Source of the DNA: a virus
Taxonomy: Duplodnaviria > Caudoviricetes
IMG/VR virus record: IMGVR_UViG_3300005805_000171
Span: 1 to 41,014 of that record
DNA length: 41,014 nt
Reading direction: 5' to 3' (one strand)
Each line of letters starts with the position of its first letter. Position 1 is the stretch's first letter. Positions 1 to 8,309 of this stretch are shown here, piece by piece. The notes under the pieces were generated by a model. It did not search any database. It was given only the letters and a program-made list of their open reading frames with translations, and had not been told where the DNA came from. A program made the translations under genes and the position numbers.

Positions 1-1526
1 TCTTGTTCAATCTGATTCTTCTGTTCTTCATAAATTCTCTTACGGACATCATTATCCGTCATTTCTTTGAAGTATGGTTGCATAACCAACCATGCAAATA
101 TAACTAAACACATTGCAAGGTCATCATTGCATCCATCTTCAGCCTCAAATGAATTTGCCTTTTGAATAAAGGTCGTCAGTTCACTAATTACATCATAATC
201 TTTAATAAGTAATTTATCATCTTCAATTAATGTCTTGAGATTCATGCATCCAATCTTTTTGACATTCTTGGACATTTTGACTCCCATCTGAGATTTCTTT
301 CCAGAAAATCCTTGACCTACAAGTTGACCAGCACGGCCTCGCATCGTACACATGAGAACATTATCATATTCCAAATCCATGTGTAGAATCTGTCCCACTT
401 GTTCGCCAATATCATTAACTTCAACTAAAATATAAGCCTTATTGTAAGCCATCGCAAGATCTTTGATGATACTTGGAAATAACATCGGTTTTATCTGATT
501 ATTTCTATACTTTCCAACTAATCTATATGGAAAAGTAGTTGTATCACAAATAGTAAATGCAGAATAATCTTTTTCTACTCCACGAGCCACGTCAACTGTA
601 ATTACATAATTGTGGTCTTTTTGTGGTTCTTCATAGATATCCAATCCCGCATTACGTTTGATTGGATCATCATAAACTAAGGATCTGAGTTTAGCTGCAG
701 ATACAAGAGTATCAACAGATCCTAAGAATTCACACTCAAACTCAACTTTGAATTGTTGTTCGGAAGTATTTGCAATAGTCTGTTTCTTCCAGTTTTCATC
801 TCTACCTGGAACTTCAGACCAATGTACGTCTGTGGGTACATACTCGTTCTTACCTCTCTCCGCATCATGCCAAATGCGGTAGAAGTGATTCATACCCTTA
901 GGGGTAGAAACGATTAAGACTTTCGTGCTTTTACCTGACGAAATAGTAGGATATACAGAGGCAAAGAATTCGTCAGCAATGTGATTCGGGATGAATGCGA
1001 ACTCGTCCAAAAAGATGACATTGTACGATCCGCCTCGAACAGCAGATGCAGAAGTAGACGCGGCGATAATCTTGGAACCATTTTCTAGCTCTAAGGAACG
1101 TTTATTCCATGATACGATACCTTGTTGCATCCACTTTGGCAGTTTCTCGTATGCAAACTGTAACCTACTTAAGAGATCCTGTGCAGTTGATGCCTTGTTG
1201 GCTAGAATAGCTATGTTAACATTGTCGTTAAATACCGCATAATGTAACAAATATGAAACACAAGTCGTAGATTTACCTGTCTGACGAGGCATTCTACAAA
1301 TGTTGAATCGGTTTCCATGAAAGTTATTGATCAACTTTTCCTGGAATGGGTACATCTTGAATGGTATCTCACCATAGTCAAGAGAAACAATCTTGATGTA
1401 GTTCTTAGCAAAATACACGGGATCCTGTTTACACTTGATAAACTCAAGTACCTGATCCTGCGAGAATTCTACGGCTACATTAGCCTTCTTAAGGTTGGGA
1501 TTACCAAGATATACCTGATCACTCAT
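1..1526 (-). CDS. gp17: Terminase large subunit (T4 gp17-like), 3' end runs off the window
   Basis: Absent from the ORF track, translated by hand from ATG at 1526: MSDQVYLGNPNLKKANV..., Walker A RMPRQTGKST (~1266-1295), Walker B VIFLDEFAF, STPKGMNHFY, nuclease motifs VDVARG and DDLAM. The frame stays open to position 1. Confidence 0.97.
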   Translation of the reverse strand, partial: MSDQVYLGNPNLKKANVAVEFSQDQVLEFIKCKQDPVYFAKNYIKIVSLDYGEIPFKMYPFQEKLINNFHGNRFNICRMPRQTGKSTTCVSYLLHYAVFNDNVNIAILANKASTAQDLLSRLQFAYEKLPKWMQQGIVSWNKRSLELENGSKIIAASTSASAVRGGSYNVIFLDEFAFIPNHIADEFFASVYPTISSGKSTKVLIVSTPKGMNHFYRIWHDAERGKNEYVPTDVHWSEVPGRDENWKKQTIANTSEQQFKVEFECEFLGSVDTLVSAAKLRSLVYDDPIKRNAGLDIYEEPQKDHNYVITVDVARGVEKDYSAFTICDTTTFPYRLVGKYRNNQIKPMLFPSIIKDLAMAYNKAYILVEVNDIGEQVGQILHMDLEYDNVLMCTMRGRAGQLVGQGFSGKKSQMGVKMSKNVKKIGCMNLKTLIEDDKLLIKDYDVISELTTFIQKANSFEAEDGCNDDLAMCLVIFAWLVMQPYFKEMTDNDVRKRIYEEQKNQIEQ

Positions 1527-1533
1527 AAAAAAA

Positions 1534-1710
1534 TTAAATTTTTGCTAAACTTGCTACGACTTCTTGTTGTTTGAGATAAAGTTTAAAATAAGCTTTTGCA
1601 AACTCTATTGCTTCTTCTCTATCTAATTTATCTATGACCCTTGACTGCTGTTCATAGATCAACATTTTATTGATATCTTCAAGTACAATTTCAGAAGGGT
1701 CAATGTTCAT
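1534..1710 (-). CDS. 58-aa helical protein, candidate NblA-like (phycobilisome degradation adaptor fold)
   Basis: Hand translation: MNIDPSEIVLEDINKMLIYEQQSRVIDKLDREEAIEFAKAYFKLYLKQQEVVASLAKI*. It fills the gap between the 668-aa ORF stop (1712) and the gp17 start (1526). The ORF itself is well supported; the NblA assignment is by-eye pattern only. Confidence 0.7.
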   Translation of the reverse strand: MNIDPSEIVLEDINKMLIYEQQSRVIDKLDREEAIEFAKAYFKLYLKQQEVVASLAKI

Positions 1711-1711
1711 T

Positions 1712-3718
1712 TTACTTACCTTGAATAACTACGATTGGTTTAGATGGATCAGTAGGACTTGGATACCACTGCATTATAACTGCGCCTGGATAGAACTTCT
1801 CAATTTCCTTTTTGACTTCATCTTTTGATGGTCTCTTCATATTTGGGAAAAAGAGTTGAAGACTCATCATTGATCTTCCTCTCCAGGAGAATAGTATAGT
1901 ATAAACATTTCCTGTAGATTGTAGTCTTTGATAGTCTTCGGTTCTCAATTGTCCTGGTTGGATGACAGAATCAGCAAGTGGCAGAGATGGGCCACTCAAC
2001 TTCTTCATTGCAGCAGCCTTTTCTCCTGCATTAGTTGTACCCTTTGCAAGGTTTCTAATTTTTGCAGTTCTTTGTGCTTGTCTGTGACCACCGCCGATCT
2101 CAAAACTTACATTCTCATTTGCTGGATGAACTTCATTGGGATCGTAAGCTCCACCGCCACCTAATGATGCAGGTAGAGAGAACATTGTCCAATACTTCTC
2201 TCCATATCTACATTCTCTTTTCTTCTCATTCTTTTTGCACTTTGGACAATATCTAATCTCCTCACTTTCTTTTAGAGGAGTTGGTTCAACAATATTGAAG
2301 GACTCATACTCAGTTGCTTTGAAGTCATCTCTCCAATTTGAAAACTTATAAGATTCTTTGGTAAATTTACCCAATTTACTAGATAATTCTTTATTCTTTA
2401 TTTCCGGTTTTACTTTCTGTTCTGGGTTTACATTTGAATTTGAAGAAGGTGTAGGAGAAGGTGTATTCGATTTACCAGGAGCTCCTGAATAAGAAATACT
2501 TCCACTACCAGTAACACCAGTCTTACCGGTTTCTGAAGATGCAGAATGAAAAGTTTTCGGTTCTACTAGTGATTTATTTACCGCACTCGATACAGATGCA
2601 TCTGTGGATTTTGCTGGAGTAGATCCATAACGAAAATTAAATTTTGTAGAAAGTTCTTCTTTCTGTACTTTATTTCCCCAATTAGCAGCGCCAACTTTAC
2701 GGCACTTAACTAATGCACCAGAAGCATATGCAGAAGGCCAAACCTTATAACGAGATTTTACCTTTGAGTAACATGCGTCTTTCTCTTCAGTCGCAACCAT
2801 CTTAGCCTTACCCTCTCTGTCAGGATTTGGGTCTTCCTGATTCTTACGACGGAATGCTCTTTCCTCTTCCTTATCGGAGAGGTCTGCCTTCATTTTGCTG
2901 GAACCACACTTTGGTTTGGTTGTTTGTCCTGGTTGTTTTGCACAGGGTTTTCCTGCGTATTTACCGCCCAGTTGAACCCAACCAGGGGTGCCATCAGAAG
3001 CGCGACTCTTAGTAAACCAGTCACGCAAAGAACTATCACCACTCTTGTTTTCATCAATCAAATCCTCCTTCACACAATTGGGAACTACCTTCTTCCCCTT
3101 CTTTTTCATTCCAAGTTGTTTATATCCATCCCAACATTTTTCTTCAATTTTTTTCTTGCGGCCTTGACAATGAGCTCTCTGAGAAAATCCTTTTGGATTA
3201 TCACAATCAATTGACTTCTTATATTTCTCAGACCAATCTTCTTTTACTTTTTCTACTTTCTTTAGTTTAGAATAGTAGTTTGGAAGTTCGTCAAGATGTT
3301 GAAGTGCAATCTCTTTGGCTACTTGACTATCGGTAGTATGTTCTTTCTCTACCTTCATTCCCATTTCAAGTTGCTTTTCAATTTCCTCTTCGGACACCTT
3401 ATGCTTTTTTGATATTTCTTCTACTGACTTATATGACTTGAATGCTTCTTTTACTTCCTTTTTCCTTTCAGTGTCATCTTCTCCATGAGATAGATGATCA
3501 GCTACGGTATCAAGATATTCTGCAGCTTTTGTGATCTTTGATTGTACCCAAGCTTCAAGATCTCCTTCACCCTTAAGTTTAGTCATCAATCTAGTGATTG
3601 CAGCCTGTGCAGTCTTAAGTTCTCCACGAGCCATGGAAAACTCAAAGTCTTCTACGAGTGGTGCAATTGTTTCTAGGTCTGCGAGAATAGACCATTCCTT
3701 AAAGGTGAGTTTGTCCAT
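1712..3718 (-). CDS. Modular Lys/Glu-rich cyanophage protein, probable internal head polyprotein
   Basis: 668 aa of short modules (LEAWVQSKITKAA; DUF5661-like EKEHT..IALQHLDELPNYYSKL; WSEKYKKSIDCDNPKGFSQRAHC; CWDGYK..VPNCV; DACYSKVKSRYKVWPSAYASG), several ending in hydrophobic-x-E. Confidence 0.75.
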   Translation of the reverse strand: MDKLTFKEWSILADLETIAPLVEDFEFSMARGELKTAQAAITRLMTKLKGEGDLEAWVQSKITKAAEYLDTVADHLSHGEDDTERKKEVKEAFKSYKSVEEISKKHKVSEEEIEKQLEMGMKVEKEHTTDSQVAKEIALQHLDELPNYYSKLKKVEKVKEDWSEKYKKSIDCDNPKGFSQRAHCQGRKKKIEEKCWDGYKQLGMKKKGKKVVPNCVKEDLIDENKSGDSSLRDWFTKSRASDGTPGWVQLGGKYAGKPCAKQPGQTTKPKCGSSKMKADLSDKEEERAFRRKNQEDPNPDREGKAKMVATEEKDACYSKVKSRYKVWPSAYASGALVKCRKVGAANWGNKVQKEELSTKFNFRYGSTPAKSTDASVSSAVNKSLVEPKTFHSASSETGKTGVTGSGSISYSGAPGKSNTPSPTPSSNSNVNPEQKVKPEIKNKELSSKLGKFTKESYKFSNWRDDFKATEYESFNIVEPTPLKESEEIRYCPKCKKNEKKRECRYGEKYWTMFSLPASLGGGGAYDPNEVHPANENVSFEIGGGHRQAQRTAKIRNLAKGTTNAGEKAAAMKKLSGPSLPLADSVIQPGQLRTEDYQRLQSTGNVYTILFSWRGRSMMSLQLFFPNMKRPSKDEVKKEIEKFYPGAVIMQWYPSPTDPSKPIVVIQGK

Positions 3719-3722
3719 TTTA

Positions 3723-4181
3723 CTATTGATTGGCTAAGTTTTTCTTACCTTGTGCAATTACCTGGTCTCTAGTCATACCAGTCTTCTTCATTTTTGCCTC
3801 GCCACCACCAGCAGCAAAGCTATCCATTGGTTTTTTGGCCGTTGTTTCTCTTCTTAATTTCTCTGCTTGAGCATTCATTAAGTTTGTTCTTGCTTTAGAT
3901 TCTGGAGAAATGTATGGGCCTTCCTTTTGTTGAGTAGCTCTCTTACCCGCATGAAGAACATCACTTACACTCCTTCCAGCGTTCAATGCTGCTTGACCAC
4001 CACCTGCTTTGAGTGCGGCATAACCACCTCTGTCGGAAAATGATTTAGAACCAATTTTATTAGCTTCCTTTTCTTTATTCAGTCTAGTTTGATTAGCAAT
4101 TACAGATTTGGGAACTTTACTCTGTTTCCAATCCTCATCAATAAAATATGCTTCCGCACAGAAGTCTTTGAAGGATTTCAT
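3723..4181 (-). CDS. Probable internal head protein with capsid-targeting-like N-terminus
   Basis: N-terminus MKSFKDFCAE resembles the T4 internal-protein targeting sequence MKTYQEFIAE. The rest is basic and Gly/Ala-rich with repeated AAGGG/KAGGG. A late promoter core lies upstream. Confidence 0.7.
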   Translation of the reverse strand: MKSFKDFCAEAYFIDEDWKQSKVPKSVIANQTRLNKEKEANKIGSKSFSDRGGYAALKAGGGQAALNAGRSVSDVLHAGKRATQQKEGPYISPESKARTNLMNAQAEKLRRETTAKKPMDSFAAGGGEAKMKKTGMTRDQVIAQGKKNLANQ

Positions 4182-4203
4182 ATTACTTTTAGTGGTCTAT
4201 ATT

Positions 4204-4635
4204 TTATTTAGGGAGATCCCCACCCATAGACCCTTTGAGAAACTTTTGTAATTCTGCAGTAGATCCTAAGAACACTGCGTTATTAGTGACACTAGTGGGC
4301 GCAGAAGACTTTTGTTCCTGGTTGATATCTTTCATTTTCTTTTGAAGATCAACCAATTTATCTGTAACATCTCCAACATTCTTAATCAGTTGTCCTGCGA
4401 CTTCATACGCTCTTGGAGAGTCGGATTCTTGTGCAAGTTCTAGAATACCATTAATGGCTTCTTGACCTTTCTCAATAATTGAGTAGAGTTGTCCTCTAGA
4501 ATACTCATAGTCTTTTTGGAGTTGATCTACAGCATCTGCAGGTTTTTTTATTTCAGAAGGCTCTGTCTTGACAATCTCTGATTTGATCGGAGTTGTCTCA
4601 ATATCTAGAGCCTTATCAATGTCTTCAAAACTCAT
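4204..4635 (-). CDS. gp16: Terminase small subunit (gp16-like)
   Basis: DYEYSRGQLYSIIEKGQEAINGILELA..SDSPRAYEVAGQLIK..NNAVFLGSTAELQK is typical of cyanomyovirus gp16. It lies between gp15 and gp17. Confidence 0.9.
   Translation of the reverse strand: MSFEDIDKALDIETTPIKSEIVKTEPSEIKKPADAVDQLQKDYEYSRGQLYSIIEKGQEAINGILELAQESDSPRAYEVAGQLIKNVGDVTDKLVDLQKKMKDINQEQKSSAPTSVTNNAVFLGSTAELQKFLKGSMGGDLPK
4205..4211 (-). promoter_or_regulatory. T4-type late promoter core (CTAAATA)
   Basis: TAAATA overlapping the gp16 stop, 24 nt upstream of the ATG at 4181. Confidence 0.55.
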
Positions 4636-5681
4636 ATATCAGTTCCTTTGGTGGTACTATAGATCTTGCCATCAGAAAAATCATAACGAGATTCACTAAA
4701 TCCAAAATCATCATCAAGATCAATCAACTCGTCATCTGCATCATTAATTACATTAACAGCCGTTCCGGATGCATGTGTAGTAATTACTGATCCGTCTTGA
4801 CCTCTATTTACTAACAAAGTGTTGCCAGTAATCTTGCGAATATACATGGATTCGTCATCAATTTGAATGTAAGAATTAACAACTAAAGCCGTCGCATCAG
4901 AAACATTAAATTGTGTTTTTTCATCATCAAGATCATCTGCAATTACTGTGATTTCATCATTATTATAGTCTTTAATTGCTCTTGGTTCTACAACATATCT
5001 AAGTTGTCTTGAAGCATTTACTCTATTAGTATCCGTATAATAATCGACCTGAACTTGTTTAATAAGGGTATCATTGTTGTTTCCTACTGGACCAAACAGA
5101 TAGGTTTTTGCTACGAAATCTAAAGTATAAATTAAAATTCTTCTAGTTGTAAAATCTCCCTCATATTGATCATCCATTGATATTCGTTCCAAAATCATTG
5201 GAATATCTCTTTTTTCTCCAATACTAGAAACCAGATCTACAGTTAAGTTTAAATGTGGTTGAAAATAGGGCAATATTTGTTCAACAATTTGTAAAGCATC
5301 TTCATTCAATTTAGACATAATGGATAGTCTAATATTAACATTATATGGAACTGGCATAAAAACTTTAGACATTTCATTATTTGTTTTGTCTAAAGCTTTA
5401 AAAGTTTGCATAGTAGAAGACTTTCTACTCGAATCATATTGAATACCTGTCATTTCAAATGACATTCTTGGAAGAGTTATGGCTACTCTTTTCTTTAAAT
5501 CCGGAACTTGTTCAATTCTAGCTAAAAACTTTTGAACTGGACCATAAGCTATCGGCACAGTTAAGATACTAAAATCATCTCCTGCATTATCTTTATGTTT
5601 AATTTTAATATCATTAAATAGTGTGCCGAAAGATACAATCGTCTTTCTCAATATTTCGTGATAAAAATAATTTGATATCAT
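4632..5681 (-). CDS. gp15: Tail sheath stabiliser / tail completion protein (gp15-like)
   Basis: YFYHEILRKTIVSFGTLFNDI, VPIAYGP, LPRMSFE, QIVEQILPYFQP; synteny after gp14. Confidence 0.93.
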   Translation of the reverse strand: MISNYFYHEILRKTIVSFGTLFNDIKIKHKDNAGDDFSILTVPIAYGPVQKFLARIEQVPDLKKRVAITLPRMSFEMTGIQYDSSRKSSTMQTFKALDKTNNEMSKVFMPVPYNVNIRLSIMSKLNEDALQIVEQILPYFQPHLNLTVDLVSSIGEKRDIPMILERISMDDQYEGDFTTRRILIYTLDFVAKTYLFGPVGNNNDTLIKQVQVDYYTDTNRVNASRQLRYVVEPRAIKDYNNDEITVIADDLDDEKTQFNVSDATALVVNSYIQIDDESMYIRKITGNTLLVNRGQDGSVITTHASGTAVNVINDADDELIDLDDDFGFSESRYDFSDGKIYSTTKGTDI

Positions 5682-5706
5682 TACAAGTTTCTTAAAACGT
5701 ATTAAC

Positions 5707-5713
5707 TATTTAG
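5707..5713 (-). promoter_or_regulatory. T4-type late promoter core (CTAAATA) for gp15
   Basis: TAAATA shares its TAA with the gp14 stop, 26 nt upstream of the gp15 ATG. Confidence 0.6.
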
Positions 5714-7140
5714 AATTCGCCAAATGGGTTCTTTTGACTAAAATCAAGAATTTGGTCAGCAGCCATTTCTATTTCGATATTTTCGGCATATAGATCTAAG
5801 AATTCATTTGTTTGTACTGTTGAAACTTTATAACTTCCTGCGGCACCAACAATAGATTCACCTCTTGCAAAATTTCCATCAACAATAGCAACCTTAAGAA
5901 CTCGGTTTACATAGTCCCAACTCTTAACATATCCAGTAGTTCCGGTTCTAGTTCCGGTAACAACTTCATTATAATCATAATCTCCAAATGTAGTAGAAGT
6001 AGGATCAGTAAAAGATATTGTCGGTGTAAATGTATATCCGGCACCAGCATTAGAATAACGAACGGAGACTACTTGTCCATTAGAGTTTACAACTGCTTCA
6101 GCTTGTGCGTTATTAATGTTAGAAGATATTCCAGTACTTGTTGGAATAAAGATTCTTTGAATCGTTACTTGTGGCGTTGTAGTATATCCAACTCCACCAG
6201 AAGATAGTCCGATTGTTCCAAGAACTCTGGTATTAATAACAGCAGTTGCAATTCCTCCACTTCCTCCGCCTCCAGAAATAGTTACGATAGGAGGTTCTGT
6301 ATATCCAAATCCAGGATTTGTAATAAGAATTCTATCAATAGATAATTTTTGGTTAGATGATCTACTTGTCATAATCGCAACAGCTGTTGCAGTCAATCCG
6401 CCGCCTGGTGCAGTGGAAATTGAAACTATAGGAGCCGAGGTATATCCATAACCATCATTGATAAGATCCAAGTATTGAACTGATTTGGAATATGGATCTG
6501 TTGTTGCAAATCCTACTGAAGCTACTGCAGTTGTTGCACCAGAACCAACCATTTGGATAGTATAAACATTTCCAAGATCCTTAATAGATTCATTAATTTC
6601 AATTCCTGCAGAATCAACTTCTGGGACATCAATAATTTCATCTTCATATTCAAATCTTTCACATCTCAGTTCATAAACATATAGATTATTGAGTTGATAA
6701 AATGGTTTTTTACCTTCAACATATTTGATTTCAAATAAAGATTCGTCAAGAGGAAACCAAATCAAGTCTCCTTCTTGAGGTCTATAAGCAACCTTTCTTT
6801 CATCCTCTGGCCATAATTTCAATAAGGGTGAAATGAAATCATCATATCTTTCTTTAGAAATTATAAGGTTAATCTCATCATTGCTTCTAACACCAAATTT
6901 AGTAAGTAAATCTCCATTGCCACTAAATCCTTCAAAATTCATTAAGTAAGCTTCAATACGAAAACTATCGTCAAATTTAGATGCAGTGATTTCTTTGATT
7001 ACCGTATTTTCTCCAATAATCTTTCTAGGCATGTATAGAACATCTTGCCCATACATTTTGAGTTGTTCGTTAATTAGATCTTGAATAAGTCTTTGCTCAC
7101 TCGGAGATCCTTGTAAAAAATAGGAATTTAGTGGTGACAT
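5710..7140 (-). CDS. gp14: Neck protein (gp14-like) with internal G-x-G-Y repeat insert
   Basis: EQRLIQDLINEQLKMYGQDVLYMPR, RPQEGDLIWFP, FYQLNNLYVYELRCERFEY, C-terminal DFSQKNPFGEF. Confidence 0.93.
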   Translation of the reverse strand: MSPLNSYFLQGSPSEQRLIQDLINEQLKMYGQDVLYMPRKIIGENTVIKEITASKFDDSFRIEAYLMNFEGFSGNGDLLTKFGVRSNDEINLIISKERYDDFISPLLKLWPEDERKVAYRPQEGDLIWFPLDESLFEIKYVEGKKPFYQLNNLYVYELRCERFEYEDEIIDVPEVDSAGIEINESIKDLGNVYTIQMVGSGATTAVASVGFATTDPYSKSVQYLDLINDGYGYTSAPIVSISTAPGGGLTATAVAIMTSRSSNQKLSIDRILITNPGFGYTEPPIVTISGGGGSGGIATAVINTRVLGTIGLSSGGVGYTTTPQVTIQRIFIPTSTGISSNINNAQAEAVVNSNGQVVSVRYSNAGAGYTFTPTISFTDPTSTTFGDYDYNEVVTGTRTGTTGYVKSWDYVNRVLKVAIVDGNFARGESIVGAAGSYKVSTVQTNEFLDLYAENIEIEMAADQILDFSQKNPFGEF

Positions 7141-7141
7141 A

Positions 7142-7972
7142 TCAACCTATGAGATCCATTGGTGGTAATTCGTACTCATCCTTAAGTTGTTGTTCCAATT
7201 TCTCTACCTCTTGAACACCATCGTCATAAATTTGTCTACCATTAAGTTGAACTCCACCAGGAAGTAACACTCCTTGAAATTTGATCATATTTTGTCCCCA
7301 TTGTTTCTTGATTAGGGCTGTTAAATACTTCTTCAACCACCAATCATTATAGAGTTTTGGTGCGTCTGATGGATCAACAATTCTATAACAATCAATAATT
7401 ACATATTCATTTTCACCTACTTCAGACCAATCAATATCTAGATATAACTTGTGATTTTTCTTGTTAAAACGAATCTGTGCATGAGGATTTAAGAGGAAAT
7501 CTAGATCTTCCAGGTATCTCTTAACCATTGCATAATTGAGAAGATCTAATGCGCCATAGTAATAAACATCATTCAAAAATAGTTGGTACTTAATATTAAA
7601 TAAACCATCTGAAACCGTACTCGAATTTATTTTGAGAATATTATTGACGCCAATGATCGAATCTGGAAGTGGAAGATAGTTCACTCCTTCAACATAAGTA
7701 AGAGAAGTCAATCCAGCACCAACAACTGCACCAGATGTTGTTGAAGTTCCTACAGGACCAGGTTGCGAAAGAGTCCCTTTAGTTGCAGGAGTAAGTTTAT
7801 GTTTTAGAAATACACGATCAATACCATCATAGTGACGTTCGTGATAATATTGAATCGCATCATCAATTAAATTGTCAATTTGATCGTCGTCTACATTTAT
7901 TTCTAAAACTGGCTTACCTAGTTGTTTGAGGCAGTAATCTTTCAATTCCGCTCTACTAGATGGTTGCGCCAT
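7142..7972 (-). CDS. gp13: Neck protein (gp13-like)
   Basis: PSSRAELKDYCLKQLGKPVLEINVDDDQI, WLKKYLTALIKKQWGQNMIKFQGVLLPGGVQLNG. Confidence 0.95.
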   Translation of the reverse strand: MAQPSSRAELKDYCLKQLGKPVLEINVDDDQIDNLIDDAIQYYHERHYDGIDRVFLKHKLTPATKGTLSQPGPVGTSTTSGAVVGAGLTSLTYVEGVNYLPLPDSIIGVNNILKINSSTVSDGLFNIKYQLFLNDVYYYGALDLLNYAMVKRYLEDLDFLLNPHAQIRFNKKNHKLYLDIDWSEVGENEYVIIDCYRIVDPSDAPKLYNDWWLKKYLTALIKKQWGQNMIKFQGVLLPGGVQLNGRQIYDDGVQEVEKLEQQLKDEYELPPMDLIG

Positions 7973-8002
7973 AAAAAAATACCCCTAGTTTCCTAGAGGT
8001 AT
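7973..8002 (-). terminator. Intrinsic terminator-like hairpin after the tail fibre gene
   Basis: Minus strand reads ATACCTCTAG-GAAA-CTAGGGGTAT followed by a T run: 10-bp stem with one G.U pair and a GNRA loop. Confidence 0.8.
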
Positions 8003-8007
8003 TTATA
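8000..8007 (-). promoter_or_regulatory. T4 late promoter TATAAATA for gp13
   Basis: Perfect gp55 consensus 28 nt upstream of the gp13 ATG. Confidence 0.85.
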
Positions 8008-8024
8008 ATTTATGGGTTGAGTTT

Positions 8025-8309
8025 TCACTCGACCTTTAGTTTTTTGATTTCGTCACGGAGTTCATTGATTTGAACTTGTTGTTCCTTGATTGCTTCAATT
8101 AGAACAGCAACCATGTTTGAGTAAGCAACTGACTTGGTTCCATCGTTTTCATGTACTAATTCTGGGAGAACTGCTTCAACTTCTTGTGCAATAACACCGA
8201 TTTGACGCTCGCCAGAATCAATTCTATCGTAGATTACACCGCGTAGATTTAGTACCTTATTGAGAGCATCAGAGATTGTCTCAATGTTTGTCTTAAGTCT
8301 AATATCAGA
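8025..8309 (-). other. Peptidase S74 intramolecular chaperone domain of the tail fibre
   Basis: SDIRLKTNI..ALNKVLNLRGV..GVIAQEVE.VLPELV..VAY..LIEAIKE plus a terminal coiled coil. Confidence 0.92.

Noticed and set aside
1-1526. Intron or intein in the terminase
   Set aside because: The frame is continuous and motif spacing looks normal over the visible part.
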